From Candidatus Levybacteria bacterium RIFCSPLOWO2_01_FULL_39_10 (GTDB lineage: Bacteria; Patescibacteriota; Microgenomatia; Levybacterales; UBA12049), in assembly GCA_001782515.1 (NCBI GenBank), contig MFOV01000003.1, positions 40,446 to 78,709 of the forward strand: a DNA stretch of 38,264 nucleotides. Reading direction: 5' to 3'. Below the pieces are notes generated by a model that saw only the letters and a program-made list of their open reading frames with translations, had not been told where the DNA came from and did not search any database. A program made the translations under genes and the position numbers. This document shows positions 24,321 through 32,824 of the stretch, piece after piece (position 1 is the first letter of the stretch; the number at the start of each line of letters is the position of its first letter).

Positions 24321-24657
24321 AAATTTAAAAGAAGACAAACTACTTTTGAGGCTATTTATCGGATCATTTTTACTTATAATTATTACAATAGTTTACATTG
24401 CCGTATTCTATACCAAGCTTCCTCCGCTTCTTCCTGTTTTTAATCAGCTTGCATGGGGAGAGACAAGACTTGGTGAAACGTGGGCAATTTTTATTCCCTC
24501 AATTGTGGTTCTTGCAATACTCATAATAAATATTTTTATTTCAAATTTTTCGTATTCCTTCTCTCCTCTTCTGTCCCGACTTCTTGCAATAACAAGTTTT
24601 ATTTCAGCTCTTTTAACACTTCTTTTTGTTATTAGAACTGTCACTGTAATTATTTAA
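24304..24657 (+). CDS. Small membrane protein of unknown function
   Basis: 117 aa, three hydrophobic helices. Overlaps both neighbouring genes. Confidence 0.5.
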   Translation: MRKYFRNLKEDKLLLRLFIGSFLLIIITIVYIAVFYTKLPPLLPVFNQLAWGETRLGETWAIFIPSIVVLAILIINIFISNFSYSFSPLLSRLLAITSFISALLTLLFVIRTVTVII

Positions 24658-25742
24658 TGGAAGAAGTACTATCAAGTGTGATAATAATGCCATTTTTTAT
24701 ATCGCTTATTGCAACTGCGATTGCAACTCCTATCGCAATTGTTCTTCTTAAAAAATACAAAATAGTAGATGATCCCAGTGTCCGAAAACATCCGGGAGTA
24801 ATTCACACAAAACCCGTACCCCGCGGCGGCGGAATTCCTATGTTTTTGGGGGCACTGTTGGCAGGTCTTATATTTCTTCCCATAAACCAAACTTTTGCCG
24901 CGATTTTTCTCTCAGCCTCCATTGCGCTTCTCGTCGGAGTGCTTGATGATATTTATGACATATCTCCATACAAAAGATTTGCGGCAAATATTTTTTGTGC
25001 ACTTATTATAGTTGGTGCTGGGGTGAGCGTTAATTTTATAACAAACCCTTTTGGTGGAATTTTATATCTTAATGAAATAGGTTTTGCATTTGCAATTTTA
25101 GGATTTCAAGTTCATGTTCTTTTGTCTGATATTGTAACAATTCTCTGGATAGTTTGGGTAATGAATATGCTTAATTGGAGCAAGGGCGTTGATGGACAAA
25201 TGCCAGGAATTGTTGCAATTGCCGCAATTTTTATTGGAATTTTAAGTCTAAGATTCGGACTTTCGGAGGAGCTGACAAAATCAACAGCCACACTTTCTTT
25301 TATAATTGCAGGGTCGGCCATAGGATTCCTTTTTTATAATTTCCACCCCGCAAAAATATTTCCGGGATATGGGGCAACCGCAATTTATCTGCTTCTCGCT
25401 GTTGCATCAATTCTATCTAGCGCAAAGCTGGCAACTGCAATTCTAGTTTTAGGCGTTCCTTTAATTGACGGCGCATTTACAATCGCAAGAAGGATTCTAA
25501 CGGGTAACTCGCCTTTCTGGCATGATAAAAAACACCTTCATCATCTTCTTTTGTCCATGGGTTTTAAACAGAGGGGAATTGCATTGTTTTACTGGGTAAT
25601 TTCTGCTATATTCGGTTTAATTTCCCTCTTCTTATCAAGTAAAGGTAAATTATTTACAATCGTAATGCTTGTAATAATAGTAGGGGGTACAATTCTTTTT
25701 TTGAATTTATTGCTAAGAAGAAAAAATGAAAAAAACTTATAG
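24657..25742 (+). CDS. Polyprenyl-phosphate HexNAc-1-phosphate transferase (WecA/TagO/MraY superfamily)
   Basis: 361 aa. Motifs VGVLDDIYD, NMLNWSKGVDGQ and DKKHLHHLL. Confidence 0.8.
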   Translation: MEEVLSSVIIMPFFISLIATAIATPIAIVLLKKYKIVDDPSVRKHPGVIHTKPVPRGGGIPMFLGALLAGLIFLPINQTFAAIFLSASIALLVGVLDDIYDISPYKRFAANIFCALIIVGAGVSVNFITNPFGGILYLNEIGFAFAILGFQVHVLLSDIVTILWIVWVMNMLNWSKGVDGQMPGIVAIAAIFIGILSLRFGLSEELTKSTATLSFIIAGSAIGFLFYNFHPAKIFPGYGATAIYLLLAVASILSSAKLATAILVLGVPLIDGAFTIARRILTGNSPFWHDKKHLHHLLLSMGFKQRGIALFYWVISAIFGLISLFLSSKGKLFTIVMLVIIVGGTILFLNLLLRRKNEKNL

Positions 25743-26670
25743 CATTATAAGACTTCTCAGGCCTCGTCAGTGGATTAAAAACTTTGCAATTTTCGCATCC
25801 GTTGTATTCACCGGGGAGCTTTTCAATCCGTTGGCTGTAAATCCTGTTATTATTGGGTTTTTTGCATTTTGTGCAGCCTCATCCGCAAGCTATATAATTA
25901 ATGACTTTTTTGATGTAAAAAAAGATAGACTTCACCCAACAAAAAAATACAGACCCCTTGCTCACGGCGATTTGGATATAAGGCTTGCGCTTATTCTGGC
26001 CCTGTCACTGATTTTTGTATCCTTATGGCTATCATTTCTTATCAATATTTCTTTTGTTTTTCTAATTTTAATTTATTTATTCATCCAATTTTTCTATTCA
26101 AAACTTCTTAAAGGAATTGCAGTAATTGACATTTTAACAATTGCACTGGGATATATTTTAAGAGTAATAGCAGGTGAGGTAGCAAGTGGATATCATCTCC
26201 CGGTTTGGCTAATTCTTACTACAATCTCAATTTCGCTTTTCCTTGCTCTTGGTAAACGCAGGTCTGAGCTTACTCTATTATCTAAAACAAAAGGGGAGAA
26301 TATCTCATCAATAAGAGCCAGCCTATCGCATTACTCGGACAATCTTTTAAATGTTTATATTGCGATATTTGCAACCGCTACATTTATTTCATATTCACTT
26401 TTTACTTTTCTGGAGAACCCTAAGGGAATTTTAATATCTTTTTGGGGGGTAATTCCGCCTGAGCTTCTTCCGGGATTTTTCCAGAGAAAATGGCTGATGA
26501 TAACAATCATCCCTGTTGTATATGGGCTGATGCGTTATCTTCAGGATATTTATGAAAAGCATGAAGGCGAAAGTCCTGAAAAAGTTCTTTTTTCAGACAA
26601 ACCTCTTCTTGCAACAGTTGTTGTATGGGCAGCACTTGTTGTTTTAATAATTTATTTTATTAGTCCCTAG
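25726..26670 (+). CDS. UbiA-family prenyltransferase of the decaprenyl-phosphate phosphoribosyltransferase type
   Basis: 314 aa. Motif NDFFDVKKDRLHPTKKYRPLAHG and about eight TM helices. Confidence 0.7.
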   Translation: MKKTYSIIRLLRPRQWIKNFAIFASVVFTGELFNPLAVNPVIIGFFAFCAASSASYIINDFFDVKKDRLHPTKKYRPLAHGDLDIRLALILALSLIFVSLWLSFLINISFVFLILIYLFIQFFYSKLLKGIAVIDILTIALGYILRVIAGEVASGYHLPVWLILTTISISLFLALGKRRSELTLLSKTKGENISSIRASLSHYSDNLLNVYIAIFATATFISYSLFTFLENPKGILISFWGVIPPELLPGFFQRKWLMITIIPVVYGLMRYLQDIYEKHEGESPEKVLFSDKPLLATVVVWAALVVLIIYFISP

Positions 26671-27485
26671 TTTTTTCTTGCAAACTCAGCGCTTATCCAT
26701 CCTGTTGTACCATTTTCAAGTTTAACTTCATACCATCCTTTAACTTCTGATAATAACTTAAGCTCGTCTCCGGGATTTACAGTCGCAATTTGTGCGGAAT
26801 TAACAGAATTTTCCTCTCTTACTCTCAAAAACCCAACAGGTGTTGCAAGTATTATCACTTTTGAAGATTCTGTCTGAGCTTTCTCATCTTCTTCACTATC
26901 CTCAGTAGTTTTTATCCCAAGTACCACATTTGCTTCAAGTCTTTTTCCCTCAATTGTTTTAACTTTTAAAATTTTCTCCTTATATCCGTCTTTGAGTATT
27001 TTAATTTCGTGATCGGATGCAGTTATATCCTCAGTAAGTAGCGGTGTTTTACCTACAATTTCACTATCCAAAACTACATCTGCATTTCCCGGAAACGATA
27101 TGACCATAAGCTCAGCCTTGCCTTTGCTTGAAGGCGAAAGCGTTATCAAACTCCCTGATGAGGCAGCGCTATTTGCATCAAAAGTCCTATCAACAACAGT
27201 GAGAATTCCCGGATATATTGTTATTTTCTGCTGACTTGTTTTTAAATCTTTATTAAGAGGTATTAGCTTTATTGTATAGTCTCCGCCTTCAAGAAGCTGA
27301 GGAAGTTCACATAGGCAAAGTGGGGTTTTGCCTACGAATTTATTGTCTAAAAACACCTGGCTTTCGGGCACAGTTGTGACTTGAAGAGCTCCTTTTCCAG
27401 AATCTCTTCCCAAAACCAAAACAGATAGAAGAAATATGATCGTAATAATAAGAAGAAGCAATAAAAACAGAATTAATTTCCGCAT
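26667..27485 (-). CDS. Membrane-anchored protein with two PEGA domains and a C-terminal SH3-like domain
   Basis: 272 aa. N-terminal TM helix. PESQVFLDNKFVGKTPL and PGNADVVLDSEIVGKTPL. C-terminal GDELKLLSEVKGWYEVKLENGTTGWI. Confidence 0.7.
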   Translation of the reverse strand: MRKLILFLLLLLIITIIFLLSVLVLGRDSGKGALQVTTVPESQVFLDNKFVGKTPLCLCELPQLLEGGDYTIKLIPLNKDLKTSQQKITIYPGILTVVDRTFDANSAASSGSLITLSPSSKGKAELMVISFPGNADVVLDSEIVGKTPLLTEDITASDHEIKILKDGYKEKILKVKTIEGKRLEANVVLGIKTTEDSEEDEKAQTESSKVIILATPVGFLRVREENSVNSAQIATVNPGDELKLLSEVKGWYEVKLENGTTGWISAEFARKN

Positions 27486-27555
27486 AAACGCTTAGGAATT
27501 AAATATAACACAGCCTGCTTTGTCAGTTCAACAAAAAGAAGAATTGGGGTTTATT

Positions 27556-29193
27556 TTAATAATCCATTCCGCCAGGGGGCATCGCAGGTGCAGGAGGATT
27601 TTTTTCAGGAATATCTGTAACCAAAGCTTCAGTTGTTAAGATCATGGTGGCAACTGAAACAGCGTTTTCAACAGCAGATCTTGTTACTTTTGCCGGATCA
27701 ATAATTCCTTCTTTAACCATGTCTACATATTCCCCAGTTAAAACATTAAAACCAAATCCGGCTTCCTTTTTACTAATATTATCTATTACTACGTCACCGT
27801 TTAGTCCCGCATTCTCTACTAATTTTCTTATAGGTGCTTCCAACGCTTTCATTAGTAGTTTTACACCTGTAGTCTGATCGCTATCGCCTGAGATATGTTT
27901 TAACAATTTAGGATCAAGAACTTTTATAGCCTCCAATAAAACTACCCCTCCTCCAATAACTACACCTTCTTCAAGCGCTGCTTTTGTTGCCGAAACTGCG
28001 TCATTTACTCTTTCTTTTCTCTCTTTAAGCTCAATCTCTGTTGCTGCACCTACATTAATAACCGCAACTCCGCCTGTTAGCTTTGCTAAGCGCTCCTGGA
28101 ATTTCTCTCGGTCAAACTCTGATGTTGTTGTTTCAATTGCGCGTCTTATCTGTGCGATTCGGGCATCAAGTTCTTTTTTACTTCCTTTTCCTCCTATTAT
28201 TCTTGTGTTCTCATTATCCGCCCAGACTTTATCCGCCTGTCCCAGATGTTCAATTTGTACATTTTCAAATTTCATTCCCGTGTCTTCTGAAATTACTGTT
28301 CCGCCAGTTAAAATTGCTATATCTTCAAGCATTTCATGTCTTCTGTCGCCGAATCCTGGAGCCTTAACTGCCAAAGTATTGAATGTACCCCTAAGCTTAT
28401 TAACAACAAGAGTAGCGAGTGCCTCGCCTTCTATTTCATCAGCTATTATTACCAAATCTTTTGAGATTTTTACCAAATTTTCCAAGAATGGTAAAAGTTC
28501 CTGTAAGTTTGAAATTTTCTTATCAGTTATCAAAATATAGGGGTTTTCAATTTCTGCCTCCATTTTATCCGCATTGGTTACAAAATATGAGGAGGCATAA
28601 CCCTTATCAAATTCCATTCCTTCCTTGTATTCGATCTCGGTTGTCAGACCTCTTCCTTCTTCAACCGAAACTACCCCATCTTTTCCTACTTTTTGGAGAG
28701 CCTCTGCAACAAGTTTACCGATTTCCTCATCACCAGCAGAAATAGTAGCTATTTGTGATATCTCTGCATCATTTTTTATGCTTACTGTTTTTGCCCTACT
28801 TCTGATAAATTCAACCACTGCTTTACTTGCCTCTTCTAATCCCTTTTTAAGAAGCATGGGATTAGCGCCTGCAGTAATATTTTTGATTCCATCGTCGACT
28901 ATAGCTTGTGCAAGAACCGTTGCGGTTGTTGTTCCATCTCCTGCAACGTCTGCTGTTTTTGAGGCTGCTTCTTTTACAAGTTGTGCTCCCATATTCTCAA
29001 ATTCATCCTCAAGCTCGATTTCCTTTGCGACTGCTACTCCGTCATGAACTATGCTTGGAGCTCCCCATTTTTTATCAAGAGCTACATTTCTACCCTTGGG
29101 ACCAAGGGTGGTTGAAACTGCTTTAGCAAGTTGATCAACTCCACTTTGTAATTTTTGTCTAGCTTCTTCAGCGTAAATAAGTTTTTTTGCCAT
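27556..29193 (-). CDS. groL: Chaperonin GroEL
   Basis: 545 aa. Motifs [11 protein letters not shown] and [10 protein letters not shown]-terminal tail [10 protein letters not shown]. Confidence 0.98.
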   Translation of the reverse strand: MAKKLIYAEEARQKLQSGVDQLAKAVSTTLGPKGRNVALDKKWGAPSIVHDGVAVAKEIELEDEFENMGAQLVKEAASKTADVAGDGTTTATVLAQAIVDDGIKNITAGANPMLLKKGLEEASKAVVEFIRSRAKTVSIKNDAEISQIATISAGDEEIGKLVAEALQKVGKDGVVSVEEGRGLTTEIEYKEGMEFDKGYASSYFVTNADKMEAEIENPYILITDKKISNLQELLPFLENLVKISKDLVIIADEIEGEALATLVVNKLRGTFNTLAVKAPGFGDRRHEMLEDIAILTGGTVISEDTGMKFENVQIEHLGQADKVWADNENTRIIGGKGSKKELDARIAQIRRAIETTTSEFDREKFQERLAKLTGGVAVINVGAATEIELKERKERVNDAVSATKAALEEGVVIGGGVVLLEAIKVLDPKLLKHISGDSDQTTGVKLLMKALEAPIRKLVENAGLNGDVVIDNISKKEAGFGFNVLTGEYVDMVKEGIIDPAKVTRSAVENAVSVATMILTTEALVTDIPEKNPPAPAMPPGGMDY

Positions 29194-29194
29194 A

Positions 29195-29497
29195 TTATTC
29201 TACAATCGCTAATATTTCTTCCTGGCTAACGAGCGTCCATTCCTCACTTCCTACTTTGACTTCATTTCCTCCCCATTTTTTGTACATAACTTTCTGTCCT
29301 TTTTTGACATACATTGGGGATTTTTTTCCGTCTTTTTCACGTCCCGGTCCAACTGCCATTACTTGCCCTATTTGAGGTTTTTCCTGTGCGGTGTCTGGAA
29401 GAATTATACCTGAAACAGTCTTTACATCTGCTTCAAGTGGTTTAATTAGAACGTTGTCAAATATTGGTTTTAGATTTAAATTTCCTTTTTTTGCCAT
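29195..29497 (-). CDS. groS: Co-chaperonin GroES
   Basis: 100 aa with the Cpn10 pattern ([12 protein letters not shown]...GQVMAVGPG), 1 nt upstream of groEL. Confidence 0.95.
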   Translation of the reverse strand: MAKKGNLNLKPIFDNVLIKPLEADVKTVSGIILPDTAQEKPQIGQVMAVGPGREKDGKKSPMYVKKGQKVMYKKWGGNEVKVGSEEWTLVSQEEILAIVE

Positions 29498-29519
29498 AAG
29501 TCAAAATTGATTTAAAAAA

Positions 29520-29597
29520 CCTGCCTGCTCGCCTCGATTCGGCGAAGCGGGCCGGCAGGCGGGCCTGCCCGCAAAGCGGGCTTGCATTGCAGGCGGG
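29520..29597. repeat. GC-rich cluster of nested hairpins in the groES leader
   Basis: CCTGCC/GGCAGG enclosing GCTCGCC-TCGATTC-GGCGAAGC, then GCCTGC/GCAGGC enclosing CCGC-AAA-GCGG. Shares GCCTGCCCGC with the insertion in module copy C. Confidence 0.65.
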
Positions 29598-29623
29598 TAT
29601 CAGTCAGATATTTTGTCTGCTAA
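29597..29623 (-). promoter_or_regulatory. CIRCE-like HrcA operator of groES-groEL
   Basis: Minus strand TTAGCAGAC-N9-GACTGATAC. The left arm is identical to the hrcA copy. The right arm matches the consensus at 6 of 9 positions. Confidence 0.55.
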
Positions 29624-29652
29624 TTTATACACCAAAAATTAAAAAGTGTCAA
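29624..29652 (-). promoter_or_regulatory. groES-groEL promoter
   Basis: Minus strand TTGACA (29652..29647)-17 nt-TATAAA (29629..29624), directly abutting CIRCE. Confidence 0.6.
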
Positions 29653-29781
29653 GGAGGAAGGTGCCAGACGGTACCTTGCGACGAAAACCCGCCAATAATC
29701 ACACCGTGCCTGCCCGCCTCTGAAGAGAACCGTATTCGAATAGAATGGAGCAGGCGAACGGCAAGATATGGCTGGGTCAAG
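29648..29781 (+). repeat. Copy C of the structured intergenic module
   Basis: About 90% identical to copy B outside a GC-rich insertion of about 20 nt (CCTGCCCGCCTCTGAAGAGA). P1 GGAAGGTGCC-AGAC-GGTACCTTGC. Confidence 0.8.
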
Positions 29782-29797
29782 ACCTTTTCATTTAATC

Positions 29798-29825
29798 TTG
29801 ACACCTTAACTCGTATTACTATACT
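29798..29825 (+). promoter_or_regulatory. Candidate promoter of the cohesin-like/PKD gene
   Basis: TTGACA-16 nt-TATACT, ending 11 nt before the TTG start at 29837. Confidence 0.5.
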
Positions 29826-29836
29826 ATGAAATTGAG

Positions 29837-31006
29837 TTGCTAAATTTTAATTTGCCATCTTTTTCTAAAAAGAAAGTCTTTCTCTTGGGATTTTTGTTTG
29901 TTATGCTTTTGGCAATCCCTGCAACGATTTATCTTGTTAAACAGCAACAAGACCTAAGAACTCAGGCAGTGCCTAATACTACGCTTTCATTTGCGCCGTC
30001 TAATCAGACAGCTGAAGTGGGAGACCTTGTTCCTTTTGATATATTTGTTTCTCCCGGAAATAATCAGGTCAGCTTTATTAAACTAGTGATCAAGTATGAC
30101 TCGACCTTGGTCTCAACAACAGAGGATGATTTTCTAGTTGATCCGCTTTCAAACCTGACTGTTATTCAGGGACCTGTTGTGGGAACTGATGAGTTCTCAG
30201 TTGTTTTAACAGTACAGGCTGATCCCACAAAAGTAATCCAGCAAAACACAAAAATAGGAACCATTACTTTTAGTGTTGATGCGCCCTCAGACGTACCTAC
30301 CCAGATTTCATTTGATCCTAACCAGATTCAAATTTCATCAATTGCCGCTCCTGACTCGTTTACTGAAAATGTATTTCTTAACGGAACTCCGGCAACTATA
30401 ACTATAGTAGTTGAGGGAGGGCTTACGCCCACGCCGACAGCGACTCCTTCGGGAACGTTGACTCCTACAATAACAGTAACAGGTGGACCAACTGTAACAA
30501 CTACACAGACTCCAACCCCAACAATTATAGGAGGGGCAGTTCCAACGCCTGGAACAAATGAGGCGCCAGTCTGTTCCAATTTACTGACTGATCTGGGAAT
30601 AATAGGGGTTGCCCCATATACTTTGATATTCACGGCCGAAGGATCAGATAGTGACGGAACAATTGAAAAAGCCACATTTGATTTTGGTGACGGAACAATT
30701 GAGGATATATTAGATGAAGGAGGAATAGGAACAAGCACAGTAAGTGTTCAAAGAACCCATACATATGTGTCGGCAGGTGCCTTTACAGCAAATGTTATCT
30801 TAACAGATGATTTTGATTCAGTAAGCGAAACTGCCTCATGTTCAATTGATATTACTGTTACTGATGATTCTCAGGGTCAAACAGGTCTAACCGCCACTCC
30901 ATCACCAACAATTGCACCTCCCGGTCCCGAGAGCGCCATTGTTGGAATCGGAGTATTGGGTGCAATACTTTTTGCAATAGGAGTAATTCTTTTCTTCGCT
31001 CTATAA
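29837..31006 (+). CDS. Surface protein: signal peptide, cohesin-like beta-sandwich (tentative), Pro/Thr linker, PKD domain, C-terminal TM anchor
   Basis: 389 aa. PKD signature FDFGDGT...HTYVSAGAFTANVILTD. TPTPTATPSGTLTPT linker. C-terminus PGPESAIVGIGVLGAILFAIGVILFFAL. The start could instead be the TTG at 29852. Confidence 0.65.
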   Translation: MLNFNLPSFSKKKVFLLGFLFVMLLAIPATIYLVKQQQDLRTQAVPNTTLSFAPSNQTAEVGDLVPFDIFVSPGNNQVSFIKLVIKYDSTLVSTTEDDFLVDPLSNLTVIQGPVVGTDEFSVVLTVQADPTKVIQQNTKIGTITFSVDAPSDVPTQISFDPNQIQISSIAAPDSFTENVFLNGTPATITIVVEGGLTPTPTATPSGTLTPTITVTGGPTVTTTQTPTPTIIGGAVPTPGTNEAPVCSNLLTDLGIIGVAPYTLIFTAEGSDSDGTIEKATFDFGDGTIEDILDEGGIGTSTVSVQRTHTYVSAGAFTANVILTDDFDSVSETASCSIDITVTDDSQGQTGLTATPSPTIAPPGPESAIVGIGVLGAILFAIGVILFFAL

Positions 31007-31011
31007 TTAGC

Positions 31012-31069
31012 GTTAAGGGGAAAGCAAAAAGAGTAAAGAAAACTTAACGCTTAACGCTTCACCCTTCTC
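31012..31069. terminator. Long heptad-periodic imperfect hairpin between convergent genes
   Basis: AAG at 31015/22/29/36 faces CTT at 31043/50/57/64 around an AAAA loop. About 18 of 28 positions pair. Confidence 0.45.
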
Positions 31070-31075
31070 CCTATT

Positions 31076-32824
31076 TTATTTTTCAATCAATGAAAATAGG
31101 GCATCTTGGGGAATGTCAATTTTTGCAACATCAAGCATTTTAGCTTTTCCTTTTTTTTGCGCCTCTAAAAGCTTGTCTTTTCTTGTTCTATCCCCTCCGT
31201 AAAGACCCGCGATTACATCTTTTCTGAAAGGAGGAATTTCAGTTCTTGAAATTATTCTGTCTCCCGCTACTGCTTGTATAATTTGTCTGATTTGTTTTTT
31301 AGGCAGAACTTTTTTTAGTTTTTCTGCTTTTTCCCGCCCTGTCTTCTGAAGTTCATCTCTGTAGACATATTCCGACAAAATATCTATTAGTACACTATTT
31401 ATTTTAATATCCATTTTTACAAGATCAGCACTTCTGTAATTAGTTACCTCATAGTCTATACTTGCAAACCCTGAAGTTGCTGACTTAAGTTCTGATGACA
31501 AACCTTTTATAAGCACTCCGTAAGGCATTTCATATTTAAAAATTGCCGTTTCTTGAAAATATGTTAGATCAATAAGCGTACCTTTTCTTTTTTGGCAAAT
31601 CGTAATAACTCTCCCCACATAGGAAGCTGGCGAAAATATAGTAAGGTCCATATAGGGCTCATAAATCTGCCCATTTTCTTTTGTTTCATAAATTACCTGA
31701 GGGGAAGTTAATATAACATCGAGATTCTCCTCGTTTTTTAGTCTTTGTCTTACAATATCTGCATGCAAAAGTCCTAAAAATCCCACCTTAAATCCGCTCC
31801 CCAGAAATGATGAGTATTCAGACGTTATTGAGATTGAGGTATCGTTTAGACTGTACTTAAAAAGTCCTTCTTTCAAATGAACAAGATCTGATGTTGATCT
31901 TGGATAAAGGCCGAAAAACACCATAGGTTTTGGCTTTTTATATCCGGGTAATGGTTTAAAATTTGATATTTGATTTTTGATATTTGATATTGTTACCGTG
32001 TCACCGACTTGTGCCAAATGAATATCTTTAATGCCTGTTACAATGTATCCAATTTCTCCGTTATTTATAGATTCTTTCTTGTCAAGAAACGGCTTGAAAT
32101 ACCCAACTTCCAAAGCTTTGGTTAGTTTTTGGCTGTGCAAAAAAACAATACCCTCACCCAAACTTAATTTCCCGTCAACTATTCTTACATAAACAACTAC
32201 ACCTCTATGTTCATCATAAAATGCGTCAAAAACTAAAGCTCTCAGGCTCTTTTGTGAGTTATCGGAAGGAGGCGGAATTCTCTCAATAACTCCATCAAGC
32301 AGGTTTTCTACGTTTTTTCCGCTTTTGGCAGAAACGTGGATAATTTCCTCTTTTTTAAATCCGAATATCTCATAAAGTTCAGTCTCAGTTTCTGCTATTT
32401 TCGCAGTTGGTAAGTCAATCTTATTAATAACTGGGATAATCTTAAGATTTTCTTTTTTTGCAGAATTAAAGTGTGCAACAGTCTGCGCCTGAATTCCCTG
32501 TGTTGCATCAACAAGAAGTATTACTCCTTCACAAGCAGCCAGTGTGCGAGATACCTCATATGAAAAATCAACGTGTCCGGGAGTATCAATCAGATTTAGA
32601 ATGTATTCGGTATTTCCTTTTTTATAGTTCATCCTTACTGGAGCTAGCTTGATTGTTATTCCGCGCTCACGCGACACAGGATTTTGATCAAGATATTGAT
32701 CTTGTAACTGATTCTTGGAAACAGTGCCTGTAATCTCCAGAAATCTGTCAGAAAGTGTTGATTTGCCGTGATCAATATGGGCAATAATTGCAAAATTTCT
32801 TATATTTGAACTCATATTAACCAA
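31076..32824 (-). CDS. lepA: Elongation factor 4 (LepA)
   Basis: 582 aa. Motifs IAHIDHGKSTLSDR, DTPGHVDF and NKIDL. C-terminal LepA motif GDRTRKDKLLEAQKKGKAKM. Confidence 0.97.
   Translation of the reverse strand: MVNMSSNIRNFAIIAHIDHGKSTLSDRFLEITGTVSKNQLQDQYLDQNPVSRERGITIKLAPVRMNYKKGNTEYILNLIDTPGHVDFSYEVSRTLAACEGVILLVDATQGIQAQTVAHFNSAKKENLKIIPVINKIDLPTAKIAETETELYEIFGFKKEEIIHVSAKSGKNVENLLDGVIERIPPPSDNSQKSLRALVFDAFYDEHRGVVVYVRIVDGKLSLGEGIVFLHSQKLTKALEVGYFKPFLDKKESINNGEIGYIVTGIKDIHLAQVGDTVTISNIKNQISNFKPLPGYKKPKPMVFFGLYPRSTSDLVHLKEGLFKYSLNDTSISITSEYSSFLGSGFKVGFLGLLHADIVRQRLKNEENLDVILTSPQVIYETKENGQIYEPYMDLTIFSPASYVGRVITICQKRKGTLIDLTYFQETAIFKYEMPYGVLIKGLSSELKSATSGFASIDYEVTNYRSADLVKMDIKINSVLIDILSEYVYRDELQKTGREKAEKLKKVLPKKQIRQIIQAVAGDRIISRTEIPPFRKDVIAGLYGGDRTRKDKLLEAQKKGKAKMLDVAKIDIPQDALFSLIEK

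Noticed and set aside
29587-29829. 80-aa plus-strand ORF spanning module copy C, and the short Arg-rich reading frame MSRRK(V/I)P.. that starts with ATG/TTG/GTG at the same place in all three copies
   Set aside because: The frames stop at different positions in the three copies (13, 43 and 25 codons). Substitutions follow stem pairing rather than codon positions. The 80-aa ORF exists only in copy C.
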